This document shows positions 32,226-50,195 of a stretch of DNA of 64,000 bases, piece after piece. The notes under the pieces were generated by a model. The model had not been told where the DNA came from. It saw only the letters and a program-made list of their open reading frames with translations, and ran no database searches. A program made the translations under genes and the position numbers. Source of the stretch: the human T2T-CHM13v2.0 reference genome, Homo sapiens; assembly GCF_009914755.1 (NCBI RefSeq), contig NC_060930.1; one strand, written 5' to 3'. Position 1 is the first letter of the stretch, and each line of letters starts with the position of its first letter.

Positions 32226-32850
32226 TTTTTTTTTTTAATGCTCTAAGTTCTGGAGTACATGCGCAGAACGTGCAGGTTTGTTACATAGATATACACATGC
32301 TGTGGTGGTTTGCTGCACCCATCAACCCGTCATCTACATTAGGTATTTCTCCTAATGTTATCCCTCTCCTAGCCCTCCACCCCATCACAGGCCCCAGTGT
32401 GTGGTGTTCCCCTCCCTGTGTCCATGTGTTCTCATTATTCAACTCCCACTTATGAGTGAGAACATGCATTGTTTGGTTTTCTGTTCTTATGTTAGTTTGC
32501 TGAGAATGACGATTTCCAGCTTCATACATGTCCCTGCAAAGGACATGAACTCATCATTTTTTATGGCTGCATAGTATTCTATGGTGTATATGTGCCACAT
32601 TTTCTTTATCCAGTCTATCATTGATGGGCATTTGGGTTGGTTCCAAGTCTTTGCTATTGAACATTGCTGCAGTAAAAATACATGTGCATGTGTCTTTATA
32701 GTAGAATGATTAATAATCCTTTGGGTATATACCCAGTAGTGGAATTGCTGGGTCAAATGGTATTTCTAGTTCTAGATGCTTGAGGAGTTGCCACACTGTC
32801 TTCCACAATGGTTGAACTAATTTACACTCCCACCAACACGCCAGTTAGAA
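32226..32850 (-). mobile_element. 5'-truncated L1PA (~L1PA7/8) with a 14-nt inverted 5' stub
   Basis: Antisense L1 3'UTR/ORF2 end ([22 protein letters not shown]) and a T-tail at 32226. Confidence 0.9.
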
Positions 32851-35099
32851 AGTTTTTTTTTTTAAATGACAAGGTCTTAAATCCAGTTTGAGTTATATTT
32901 GAGACATGAGAGTAAAAATGAGTGGTTCAGTACATTCCATAAATGTGTGTGCTGAAATCTGTGTAATAGCATTTTGCTGTTGTTGTTGTTGTTTTTCTCT
33001 ATGGTGAGTCATGTTTTTACTGAATAATACAATTACTGTCTGTTTAAAGCGGCATTCTTTTTTTTCTACAGTGGACAGTATGAAAGCTCATATTACTAGG
33101 CAAGCTTTCAGTTTTAGATAACAAATAATAATCACCTCTCTAAAACCTGATTTAAATTGATCCTGCTACTTATGAATACAGAATGATTTTATATATATAT
33201 ATCTGGTAATAACAAACACCTTAACCTTTCCACAACTTGAATTTTTTACATACAGCGATAACTTTTGGGGTTAGTTTTTCTGTTGATCAGTATGGATGAG
33301 TTGCATTGTAAAGAGGATCTTAATATTATTAGTCTTTTCAAAGGTATAAAAAGAAAAAAGAAATTTTATGTGGTAGTATCCAAGTAAAAGTGCTTATTTC
33401 ATTTGGTTAATTATTTTTTACTGGAAATAAGTGGAATAAATGAACTTTTAGCTTTTGTAGTGGCACATTAGAAGCCAGATGGAATAAATTTGCTACCCAA
33501 CTTTTAAAAGAACACTGCAGTGAGAAGGTGAAAGTAGCATATAATGAATTTGTAACTAACTAGCAAGTTTGAAATGAATATTGGTATATCAAAAACATGT
33601 TGTAGTCATGTATGGCACTTAAAGACATTTATTTTAGTTCAGGTACTATGTTATATGTATTTCAGAAATACCTGGCAGGATCTTTGGTAGAAGTAGTTCA
33701 TGAGAAAATACTGGTATTGACTTTCTCTTCTCTGAGTATATAGCTTTTTAGTTGTGTTTTAGAATGTGATAAGAATTTCATTTGACTCAAACCCTAGAAC
33801 TTAGCTATTCAACAATACTGTACTTAATCAATAAAATAATTGAGTTTCTGCAGATAAATTGAACTCTCACTGTATATGCGTGCCACACAAATGCTTGCAC
33901 ATCCAGATAAAGTGCCCAAGGAAACATAAATGATTTTTACTGACTTGAGTAAACAAGCACTAAAACCAATAGAATCAAAACAGTAGCTTTCAAAAGCATT
34001 CAGTACAGTTACATACATAGCGCCCTATCCTTCTGCATCTGACTTTGAAAGGCAGTTTTACTTTCACACAACTTTTTATTTCAATAAACCTCTTACAGCC
34101 AAAAATTGTCTTGGGCTCCATAACTGGAATTAAATGATTTCTACTCTTGTTGACAAAAAGAATTCCTCAAGAGAGTAACTCTAACATTAGCTTATTATGT
34201 TGTCATTGTTGATGTTGAATATTTAAGCTCTCAGGGTGCTTTTCTTAAAAAAAAAAAAAAAACCGAACCATCTAATTTGACACTCCATTCTTTCAGTAGA
34301 TACTGCAACATATATAGTAGCAGCTGTTCCTCACATAATTCCTTAAAAGATACAAATTTAAATCCTCCTAATAGACACTTCACTGCATCCTGCCCAACTG
34401 CAGAGAAGGCAGATGCCCAAACTACCCTCCCCCAACAGAAGAGAATCCTGTGTGTTTAAATAAAGTGCTATTTCGGTTAGAATAACCTCCAGAAAAGAAG
34501 TCTCAGGAAGTTTGAGATGGCAAAGGTGAGAAAAGACTGCTGTGAATTATAACTGATAAATATCAGTGACCACTTTTTGGTCACTTTGTGAGACAAAATT
34601 AAAGTATTTAAAGTTAGTTCTAGAATATTTTCAAATGTTTGAGTTTTATTAAAATTTGTTAAAGCCAGTGTTTTTAGTATTTCACTTTTTGGTCAAAATG
34701 ATTCTTACAAAGTTTCTCAGAGTGAAAAATAATTGAAGGACAATTATTTAGCTTTTTCTAAAAATGTAAATAATGGAAGTTCAGGTTTCTTTCACTGGAC
34801 CGTAATCCTCAGGCAACCGTCCAGAGTCAACAGGCATAGTTAACTAGGCATAAATTTAAAGAAAAGTTAAATTTGGAAAAACCTCAAATATAACCTCAAT
34901 TATGGAGCTTATGGTCCAATAAGTGTGATATACTGTTGTCCTCAGGAGTAAAAGATAAGTTTTTGGGCAACCTATGTACAAATTAATCATGCGAGTTAAT
35001 ATTTAATGTCAGAGGAATTTCTCTAAAAATTACAATGAGAGGATATTAAATAGAGAAATAACTTCTGATTACCAGGGAAATTTACAAGGATTCCTCCAC

Positions 35100-35567
35100 T
35101 TTTTTGAATGTCATTAATTTATTATAAAAGAGAAACACAGAAGTTATTTACATGTGGAAAGATTTCAGAGCTTCAATGGAATGGGCAACTTCATGTGACA
35201 CCATTTCAATAGTGATTTATTTCAGTCTACGGACTTTCCAAGTATGTCACCATCTCTAAATAAGAAATAATCTCATCATTTAGAACTACTTTGGTGCCTC
35301 CATATTCTGGGAGAAAAACTTTATTTCCAACCCTTATGCTAATGGGTAAAATCTCTCCACTCTTTTCCTTAAAGCCCAGTCCAGCAGTTACTATCATTGC
35401 TTGCAATGCCTTTACTGGATGTTTTTCAGGAAGCATAATGCCTCCTTTGGTTACAGTTTGGACTGCACTCCTTTCAGCCAATACTTGGTCAAAGAGGGGA
35501 AGACATTTTCTAAATACCTGTCCGGCCAGGCCATTCCTTGGGCAGTCTCTGCACTCTTCTCTCTCCC
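35100..35567 (-). pseudogene. HSPE1 (Hsp10/Cpn10) processed pseudogene in an EYA4 intron
   Basis: Intronless Hsp10-like peptide (AGQVFRKCLPLFDQVLAERSAVQTVTKGGIMLPEK...FLPEYGGTKVVL). ATG is replaced by CTG (35529-35527) and there is a 1-nt frameshift near 35272. The original TGA is at 35224-35222, followed by an HSPE1-like 3'UTR with AATAAA (35123-35118) and an A-tail remnant. Degenerate TSD ttcctccactttt / ttccttccactctt. Confidence 0.93.
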
Positions 35568-36525
35568 TTCCTTCCACTCTTGACATAAATATCTTCTTAC
35601 TCTCCTCACCATTTAGAATGCTTTTATTTTATATCATCGTAACCTTGTGTTAGAAAATTTAAATGATTGTGGTAATCCTGTAAAGAATTAGCATTTGTCT
35701 AGACTTCTCCCATTTATTTAAGAAAGAATTGTGGAGTGATTATTCTATGCTAGATTGTGCCGTAAGTGGGGATGTAACCTGGTGAACCAAATGCCGCACT
35801 CCAGGGCACTTCCAGTCAGATTAAATTTGGGGACCCATACGTGTAGGTGGAGATTTATTCAAAACTTACTAACCCTGTAATTTCTGTAAATTATATGAAC
35901 TTTTAACTTACCTGGATTTTCAAGTTACATACTCAGAAGGTACTGATTGGGCTAGTCACTGAGTTTTGTATATTAAAGGAAGCCTGAGTCAACTATACCT
36001 TTAAACTGGAACCGGATTAAACACTTTCTGTGTGGAAATCTGGAGACTAGGTATGAAATATTTGACTGCCAGATACTTTCAAGCCCAATAATGAATATAA
36101 ATAGTAGCTTTCAAAAAACCTTTGTTTAGTATGGTGTATTTTCAAATTTAATGATTTTTTTTAAAAATTAATTTTGAATGCTAAGCACTATGTATATAGT
36201 CAGAAGCTGTAAGTATGAGTAAAATACTTTGAGGGGGACTAAGGAGGCCCAAGATGCTAAACCATACTTACTCTGAGGTTAATATGATGTAGTTATTTAT
36301 TATAAATAATTTATTTTTATTTATTATATATTTATTATTCTGAGAACTAGGCATTTTAAATGCCCTCACCAAATTTCACCTTTAGATCTTGTAATATTGC
36401 GCTGGAACTTTGCAGATTATTTGAAGATGGACTAAGACTCAGAACAGCAAAGAAGGATCAAATCCTTATCCACATAAGTTACCATTTGTTCTGAGCACAC
36501 AGTAACTTACAATCAGGTCAACTGT

Positions 36526-36834
<309 letters not shown>

Positions 36835-37556
36835 TCAATTGTGTGGGTATACTTACATAAAGTTTATTTTGCTTGGAATTTTGTAGCACATTTGAGATGA
36901 TAAATCGTCATTATTTCCCTTTTACTTAAAAGTAGTCTTTTTGATTTGAAAATTTAAAAACTTGACAAAAAGAAAATGTCAATATCTATGATCATTACCC
37001 TTTTTCTGTGTCAAAAGACTAGGACCTTGAAATAACACCAGCATGGTTCTTTCATGGTTCTGGTCCAGCAGGAAGTCATGGAAATTCCACAGGACACCAT
37101 AATCTGAAGGCAAGCCCCTCTGTTGCCACTCAACAAATGATAAATAATAGTAACCATCTGAGGTGTTCAGACTAAGTTTTGTGTATCTTCAGATTAGCCA
37201 TGCTTAAGTATGCACAACAGAAATGGCCTGGAAGGGAACTCAAATGCTTATGAAGATTCAAGAGAATTTCTTATCAATAATTTTAAGATTAAAATTTTTA
37301 AATTGCTCTAAAGAAACTCTCATGCCGTATATTTTCTCACCCCTCCTTTCTATGGAACTCTTCTGGATTTAAATTTTGTGGGGTAGAAATGGTGCCATTT
37401 CCCAACAGAAGAAAACAAGAGTGAGGCAATGAGATGGACGGGCACATGCTGCCATCTTCTGGTGGTAGTCTGATCAGATGAGAAGATGGGAAAACCTTCA
37501 AGCATGGTAACAAGCATCATTTAGAAAACAAATAACTTTTCCAATGTTTTTAACAG

Positions 37557-37915
<359 letters not shown>

Positions 37916-40110
37916 TAGGTAGAATTCAATCTGTAGTTTCATGTTAAAGATGATTCTGCTGTAAAAGAAACAAGCAAAAGCTCATATTAAACCACATTGA
38001 GCCAGAAGTTTCTTAGAATTGGTGGGAAAAAATTTAACTACAAAATAAAACATGCACCACCGTCACATAAATTGGGAATTCTTTGTGTAACCTTGTGCCC
38101 AGATGTTTGGTCAAGATTTATACCAGGGCATTTAGTTGACCCTTTATCAGCTGGTGCTTGGAGCATTATCAGTGAAAATCAGACAGAGAAACTAACCAAG
38201 GCAACAGAAAGAAGTCCTTTCTCAAGTAGAGAGCCTCAATCATTGAAGGACGGTGGTTAGCAAGCATTATCTTTCTGGAATCCCATCAAAAATAAATATA
38301 AACAGTTATTAATGTCATTTCAAAGACTTTCAACAGGTTTATTTTATCTTTTAAAAAAATCATGTTTTATGTCAGTGTATCATTCTCATGCATAGTGTCA
38401 ACTATGATTATCATAGTTTTTAAAAGTTCAAATAATCTGTAGGTAATATCAAAACCATTTTATACCCCTTCATATATTTTACAGGTGATATCAAAACCTT
38501 TGCTATCAAAACTGTGATCCTGGATGTGCTTCTATATATAAAATAAACCTTGGTGATATCTTATTAGAATCAATTTTAGGTAAACAAGATTCCTAAAATT
38601 TGCTATTAGGTCACATCAGATTAATCTCCCAGGATTTTGTTTCTTTATGTGCTTCTCTTTTTTTCTAAAAAGGAAGAGTAATTGAGGAACATAAACTAGA
38701 ATCCAATATACTAAATATACATGTGCATACTATACATACATATATTCACATATATATCATAGAATACAATATAGTAAATAAAATGTTCATATATAGTATA
38801 TAATCACATATATCCATATACATCATGAGGGTGGGGCTATGTGTCTGGTCACCTTGTATCCCCAGTGCCTAGCAGTGAAACACATAAGAGATGCTCAACA
38901 GATACATAATAACTGTAAGAGAACAAAAAATGTAGAGCCAAAGAGGATAATAATGTTAGCAACAAAAGGGAGCTTAGATATGGAAGACATTCATTTCCAA
39001 AAAGAAATTGACCCCTGCAAGCTGCCGACTTGCATGGGGTGCTGGGGAGAATCTCTGATTTCCTGATTTGCTCTAGTGCTCTGTACATGATGCTTTTGTA
39101 AAATCAAATAAGTAGATTTTCTAGTTAAAATCAATGGTAGATAATATGTTTTAACTTTAAAATAAATATCCCCTTGGGAAATCTGAGTTAATTTTTATCA
39201 TTCAGATGTCATCATTTCCTTCTTGCGGTGTATTAATAAAATTATTTTAAGTTAACAAGAAGACTAAGAAGTAATCTTGTATCTTAGAAACTTTAAACAA
39301 CCACGAGTCTACTTTCTGTCATACGTGAGCATCTCTCTATTATAATGAGGACAAATGAGACTTGCTAGAAACTGTAAATTTTGATTGAAAAAACCATACA
39401 AGTGTGTATGTGCTCCCGATATTCTAAAACACAATTTCAATAAGAAACCTTCCTTTTTAATGGATTTACATGATCTTGTTTTATCATAAAAGCAAGAACT
39501 GGATCTTTTAAAATAAAAAATTAGCACATCTATCTTTTTTCTTTTAACATCAATATTATAATTCATGATTGTAACTGTCCTACACTTCATGATTTTAAAC
39601 AAAATTATTAATTTTTTACATAGCAAAGTATTTATAGTAGCATTAGCAGTAGTATTAGAAACATTTTAACAGCTACATATGATGATGCCATTGTTACTGT
39701 TTGAAAGTGGAAATGATTGTGATTATTAAGAAGCTAAACGTTTTCAGACAGTCAAAACATTTGGGATTTGTGTCCCTAGGTTGGTGAAGCCCAACTATTC
39801 CTCCAGACCTCAAATATCACAGTCCCTTGGAATAAGATCCAGGCAGGGGCATGTTCAAAGCTCTTTAGATGATTGAGATCCACTGCGCTAGATTGTAGGA
39901 TCAGTGAGGGCAGAGACTGGGGCCACTTTTCAGTGGCACTACCTGAGACCTAGAAGTTCAGTAAATATTCATTGACGGAATCAATGGATATTCAATTCAG
40001 AAACGAAGGATCAATATGGACATAAATCTGTATCTCTCTGCATTTCTGATATATACTGAAATAAAAATGATCTATTCCAGACAGAAGGGAATCTAAACTA
40101 GATATTCTGA

Positions 40111-40272
<162 letters not shown>

Positions 40273-40428
40273 TAAGTGGAATTGTTACCTTTCTATGTGT
40301 ATCGTATTGAAGATTTAGTTCTAATTGTACAACATAGAAAAAATGTTTTAATTCCTAGACTGTTTTAGACTTTAAGGGACCTAACAATTCTGAGTTCAGT
40401 GATTTTTTCAATTTCAGTGCATGTGCAT

Positions 40429-40452
40429 GAGAGAGAGAGAGAGAGAGTGTGT

Positions 40453-40488
<36 letters not shown>
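40429..40488. repeat. Compound (GA)n(GT)n microsatellite
   Basis: Direct reading. Confidence 0.95.
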
Positions 40489-40489
<1 letters not shown>

Positions 40490-41001
40490 GGGATGAGAGA
40501 AGGTTGCTGCTTCTCAGAATAAACAGGAGACCCTATCTCACCACCCATCTCTTCTCATAGCAACTGATAATCCCCACAGAATGGTTACATGACTTCTAAT
40601 GAAAAAAGAAAGAGAACTCAGTTGGTGGCAAAGTACAAGGGGGTGATGGCAAATATGAAACAGTACTGTTGATACAAAAAGGCATGTTTTAGGTGTTAGG
40701 CCATAATGGATAATACACATAATGTAAGCACATCAGAAAAGCAGGAGAAAGCTCTTGAAAAAATTCTAACCATTTTGTTGTTTGAACTAAACAGTGAAAT
40801 TCTGACTTGTGTCAGTATACAGAGCAGAATTAAATTGATTTGTAACCAGTTGTACAACCAGGTGCCAAATATGCTAATTCATAAAGTGATGTAAGTAAGT
40901 CTGGAACGTGATAGCTGGTAAGGTAGAGTTGAATCTCTGTACTGTCCGCTTCCATTATTTTATATCTGAGTTAGGTGAATAAATAAAAGCATGCTTAATA
41001 A

Positions 41002-42271
<1,270 letters not shown>

Positions 42272-43250
42272 AAAAGCATGCTTAATAAATGTATGGGGAA
42301 CACAGCATTCAGAGAAAGATTTATTTGGACTAATTGAATCAGAATGCAGAAAAGCCTGACAGGGCAAAAAAAAAAAAAGTTAATATTAAGAACATGAAAG
42401 TAAATGAATAGTTGTCACATCCTGCACAGCTTCTGACTCGTGGCACAGGCAGAGCTGCATGGATAGCAGAAAGTCCAAATGGAGAGCGGAGGGGAAGTAG
42501 CTTCCTGTGTCTGACTGGGGAAGCCATGGCAGCTTAGTTTGTCAGTTCTAGGGACCATATTCCAGTGGGGGCTGTGGCAGGGTTGAAGCAGCCTGTGTCA
42601 AGTGTGGCAGTCACGGGTTTGGACTGTGGGAACCACCTAAAAGAAACAGATGGAAGGAGGAGCCAGAGAGCTTAGTCAGAAGAGTCATGTGCAGAACCAA
42701 GATTACCAATTTCACCTGTTTCAGACGTTAGGCTGAAAATCAATTAGATTTCTCCCTGTGTCTGGAAAGGAAAGAACTGGGACCAATGAGTAGGAATCCT
42801 GCAAGGGAGATTCTGGCTCTATATAAGGAAGAAATGTCTAAACCAGTTGAAATGGGACTTGCTATCTCATGTCCTCTGTAATTGGTGACAAGAGAGACCA
42901 AATGTCGGGGACGCTGGAGCACGAGGACCCCTGAGCCACTGACATGATGTGTAAAATGTAGTGGAGTGTGCATTTCTCTGAGAAGGAGGTTGATAGCTTT
43001 CATTATTTCTAAAAGATGTCTTCTATATAAGTTAAAAAAGATGATTACATTATTAGATTATATATACTATATAATATATACAGATTAATTATTAAACAGA
43101 TGGCTTTAAGGCAACTAAAGGAATATGTGATATTCCAGAAATAAATAAAGATATAACAAGGAAGGGAGGAGAAAAAGAAATCAACATACATTGAGTAGTT
43201 ACATGCTATGGAATTTGCTGAGTTATCCACATATATTACCATATTGATAC

Positions 43251-43313
43251 AATTGCAGTTTTGCCATTACTTTTAATGGCAAAAAACAAAATTGCTTTTG
43301 CACCAACCCAATA
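43251..43313. mobile_element. MADE1 (Hsmar1-derived MITE), left TIR truncated
   Basis: aattgcagttttgccattacttttaatggcaaaaa...ttgcttttgcaccaaccca matches the MADE1 palindrome. Confidence 0.85.
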
Positions 43314-43501
43314 GTTTTCACAAAATGCCTGGAATGTCAGAAAAACAGATGCTTTGTTGAATTATGTAGTAGAACCCCTAGCAAAATTAACTTACCCTCT
43401 GACCCTAATTATTCTGTGAATATAGTCTCAGAATAACGAAAGATGTAAGAATATATTTTGGTAGCATTACTTGTAATATTTAGAAATCAAAAGCCACTTA
43501 A

Positions 43502-46970
<3,469 letters not shown>

Positions 46971-47002
46971 AAAAATTCTGGTGCATCTACATGGTAGAGT
47001 AG

Positions 47003-47099
47003 TTTTTTTTTTTTTTAATTATACTTTAAGTTCTAGGGTACATGTGCACAACGTGCAGGCTTGTTACATATGTATACATGTGCCATGTTGGTGTGCTGC
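47003..47099 (-). mobile_element. Very short (~97 nt) L1PA 3' terminus
   Basis: T-tail followed by attatactttaagttctagggtacatgtgcacaacgtgcagg...gtgtgctgc. Confidence 0.92.
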
Positions 47100-47270
47100 C
47101 TATTTGTTTATATCTATTAACTATTATTCCCACCTCCCAACAAAACAATGTATAAAAACTACTCTACCGTGTAAAGTATATACATGTATAAAACTACTCT
47201 ACCGTGTATGTACTCTACATTGTTTTGTTGGGAGAGGGGAATAATAGTTAATAGATATAAACAAGTAGGC
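47098..47270. repeat. 55-bp inverted repeat (52/55 matching) with a 63-nt spacer
   Basis: Arms 47098-47152 and 47216-47270, compared base by base. Confidence 0.93.
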
Positions 47271-47841
47271 TCATGATATAAATACATAAAGTAGAATACA
47301 AAATTGAATATACAGAATGTTCCCAATGGGAAAACAAAATCTGTATATGAACAGAAACACTGAAAGTAAATGCATGAAATGGAGAAAGCAGTTTTCTCCA
47401 GATGGTTAAATAATAGTTAATGTTTTTTGTTTTCTTCTTTATATTTGTCTTTTACAAATTTTCCTGTTACAAGTATATACAGTGTTTGTAATTTAAAAAG
47501 AAATGTAACTCTGAATATCACACAGTGCAAGTCACAAAAGTTCATATCCAAACCACATCTCGAAACTTTAAAAGCCTGTGCTTTATTTCATTCTACCATG
47601 TTTTCATTCTGTAACATTTTGTAACATTTGCCTACGTATGACTTTTAATAGCATATTGTTTTGACGAAATATTTTGTAGAACTTTAAGCATCACAGTATA
47701 GTCATGGGTTTGTATATTCTTCTTAATAATCTGCCATTATTGGAGGAGTGTCTGTCTGCTGATAGGCAATAGTAATGAATTTTGAAAGGGACCATTAATT
47801 AAGGAATTTAGAGACCACAGTGACAATTTTAAATCTATTAG

Positions 47842-48096
<255 letters not shown>

Positions 48097-49850
48097 TAGT
48101 ACATGAAACAAATTTGGATAAAGTTCAAATTACAAAGTCCCCTACAACTCATTGTACATGTATGAATTTTTTGAGAACTGTTGCCTAGTGACATTAAGAA
48201 CTCAGTATCTGAGTATAGATATTTCATTCTTGTATTTCACAGAATATTACAGCCCATGTTATCTAAATAATATGTAATACCTCTAGCCATAGTATTTAAT
48301 AGTTTAATTAGTTTGGCTTATAATGTTGCATCCTTGCATATGCAGTAATCTAGATCCAAGATAAAAATACAATTTTGGCTTTGCAGGGGATTCTTTGATG
48401 GATTGAACGAGTGCCCTTAATTACAGAAAAAAATTAAGAGTTTTATGTATCAGAAAACATAATAGGAATATTCATAACACATGAGCGACTGGAAATCTGC
48501 ATTTCCAAAAATGTGCAGTAGCAATCAAAGAACCACAACCTTGTTTATTTAGATGATATCTGCTTGTGGAGCCATCTTTGATTTTTAAGTGCATTTCTCG
48601 CAGACTCCAACTTCTAATAAACATTCAAAAGCAAAACTTCATCAACTTCTGCCTTATTGAAAGACTTAAAACTGATGTATTCCACTGTCTGTCAAGGAAA
48701 TACTTGGGAAAATAAATGGGTTGTGTAATATGCCTTGAAGGTCAACAAACTTAGGCTCTGGCACATTGACAAGAGAAGTTCAAAATCCTAAAATCCCCCA
48801 CCAAAAATAACCTGCCCTGGGCTTTGAGGAGGTCTGATGTTGGCCCTGGCAAAAGGAGCCTCCAGTGGCAGCTGTTTCAAGAGTACAGTTAAGGAGAGCC
48901 AAGCTTCCGTAGAGTAAATTTCACATTGTCATAAGCACTACAGTTCAGAGCCTGGATATCAATACCATACATTTTTAATCTAAATGTGTGTATTTATGTC
49001 AGCAGGACTAATAGAAAGAAGGTAATTTTGCTTTTTTGATGAATCAAATAATTTTACAGCAGAATAAACATTTATTTTAGTAAAGACAATATTCTTTCTG
49101 TTGGCGAAATAGTTCCTTATATTCTTTAATCTGAAACAAAATCATTTTTATTTTTTCCATTAAGCTAGTATTTTTTGGACTTCTGAACCATCAGATTAAG
49201 AAAAAAGGCAGAAGTAGCCATGGCTGCATGAACATTCTGGGAGTGAAATTTAGAGAATAATGCCAATGTTTTAAAAACAAAGAATATGTAGAAATTCCAC
49301 GGTGATGTTCCCGTAGTGCAATAAGAGGATACCAGTGTTGTCAGTACTGTGGCCCAGTCAGACAGCACCCTTAGCAGAAGTTATTTGAGCAGGCTAACTC
49401 TCACCCACTTGAAGAAAGGTGTTGTTTATCAAGATAAATTCACTTCTTAGTATTTCCTCTTTTTTTAGCGGTGAACCTTCAGTTTTTCTCTAGAACACAT
49501 TTAGCTGACTTGTCTATGCTACTTAAAATTGATTTACAGAATTAAACAAAGGTTAAAACTTATAGTTGCTTGTAAAGTTACCCCAATACTCTGTTGGTGG
49601 AGAAAAACATACTAATATTTTCTCTAGGTCAAATGCTTATCCCTACTGATGTTTTTGGAGTGTGAAACACATTTGTTTAATCATCTGTCCGAAGTAACGC
49701 CTTACCTTATTCAAATATATGTTGATTTCATAAACCCAGAGGTTGTGAGCCAGTTCAAGTGATGTTCAAGAGGCATTAACTTAACACTTTATGAATCTTT
49801 AGGTTAATGAATGCAGTGGCTGGAAGAATAAGCAGTGCATTGTTTTTCAG

Positions 49851-49951
49851 GCAAGGAAAGCTGTTTTGAGCGTATAGTGTCCAGATTTGGCACTAACATA
49901 ACTTATGTTGTGATTGGAGATGGCCGAGATGAGGAGCATGCCGCTAACCAG
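49851..49951 (+). CDS. EYA4: EYA4 mutually exclusive exon 19a, 101 nt, (G)[33 protein letters not shown]
   Basis: Acceptor tgtttttcag| and donor |gtaact. Open frame with the same length and phases as the next exon; 23/34 aa identical to it. Absent from the ORF track. Confidence 0.93.
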
Positions 49952-49955
49952 GTAA

Positions 49956-50195
<240 letters not shown>

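Noticed and set aside
34781-34789. Exact SIX/MEF3 motif TCAGGTTTC in an EYA4 intron (possible autoregulation)
   Set aside because: One 9-mer in 64 kb on two strands is about the chance expectation, and I see no supporting cluster.
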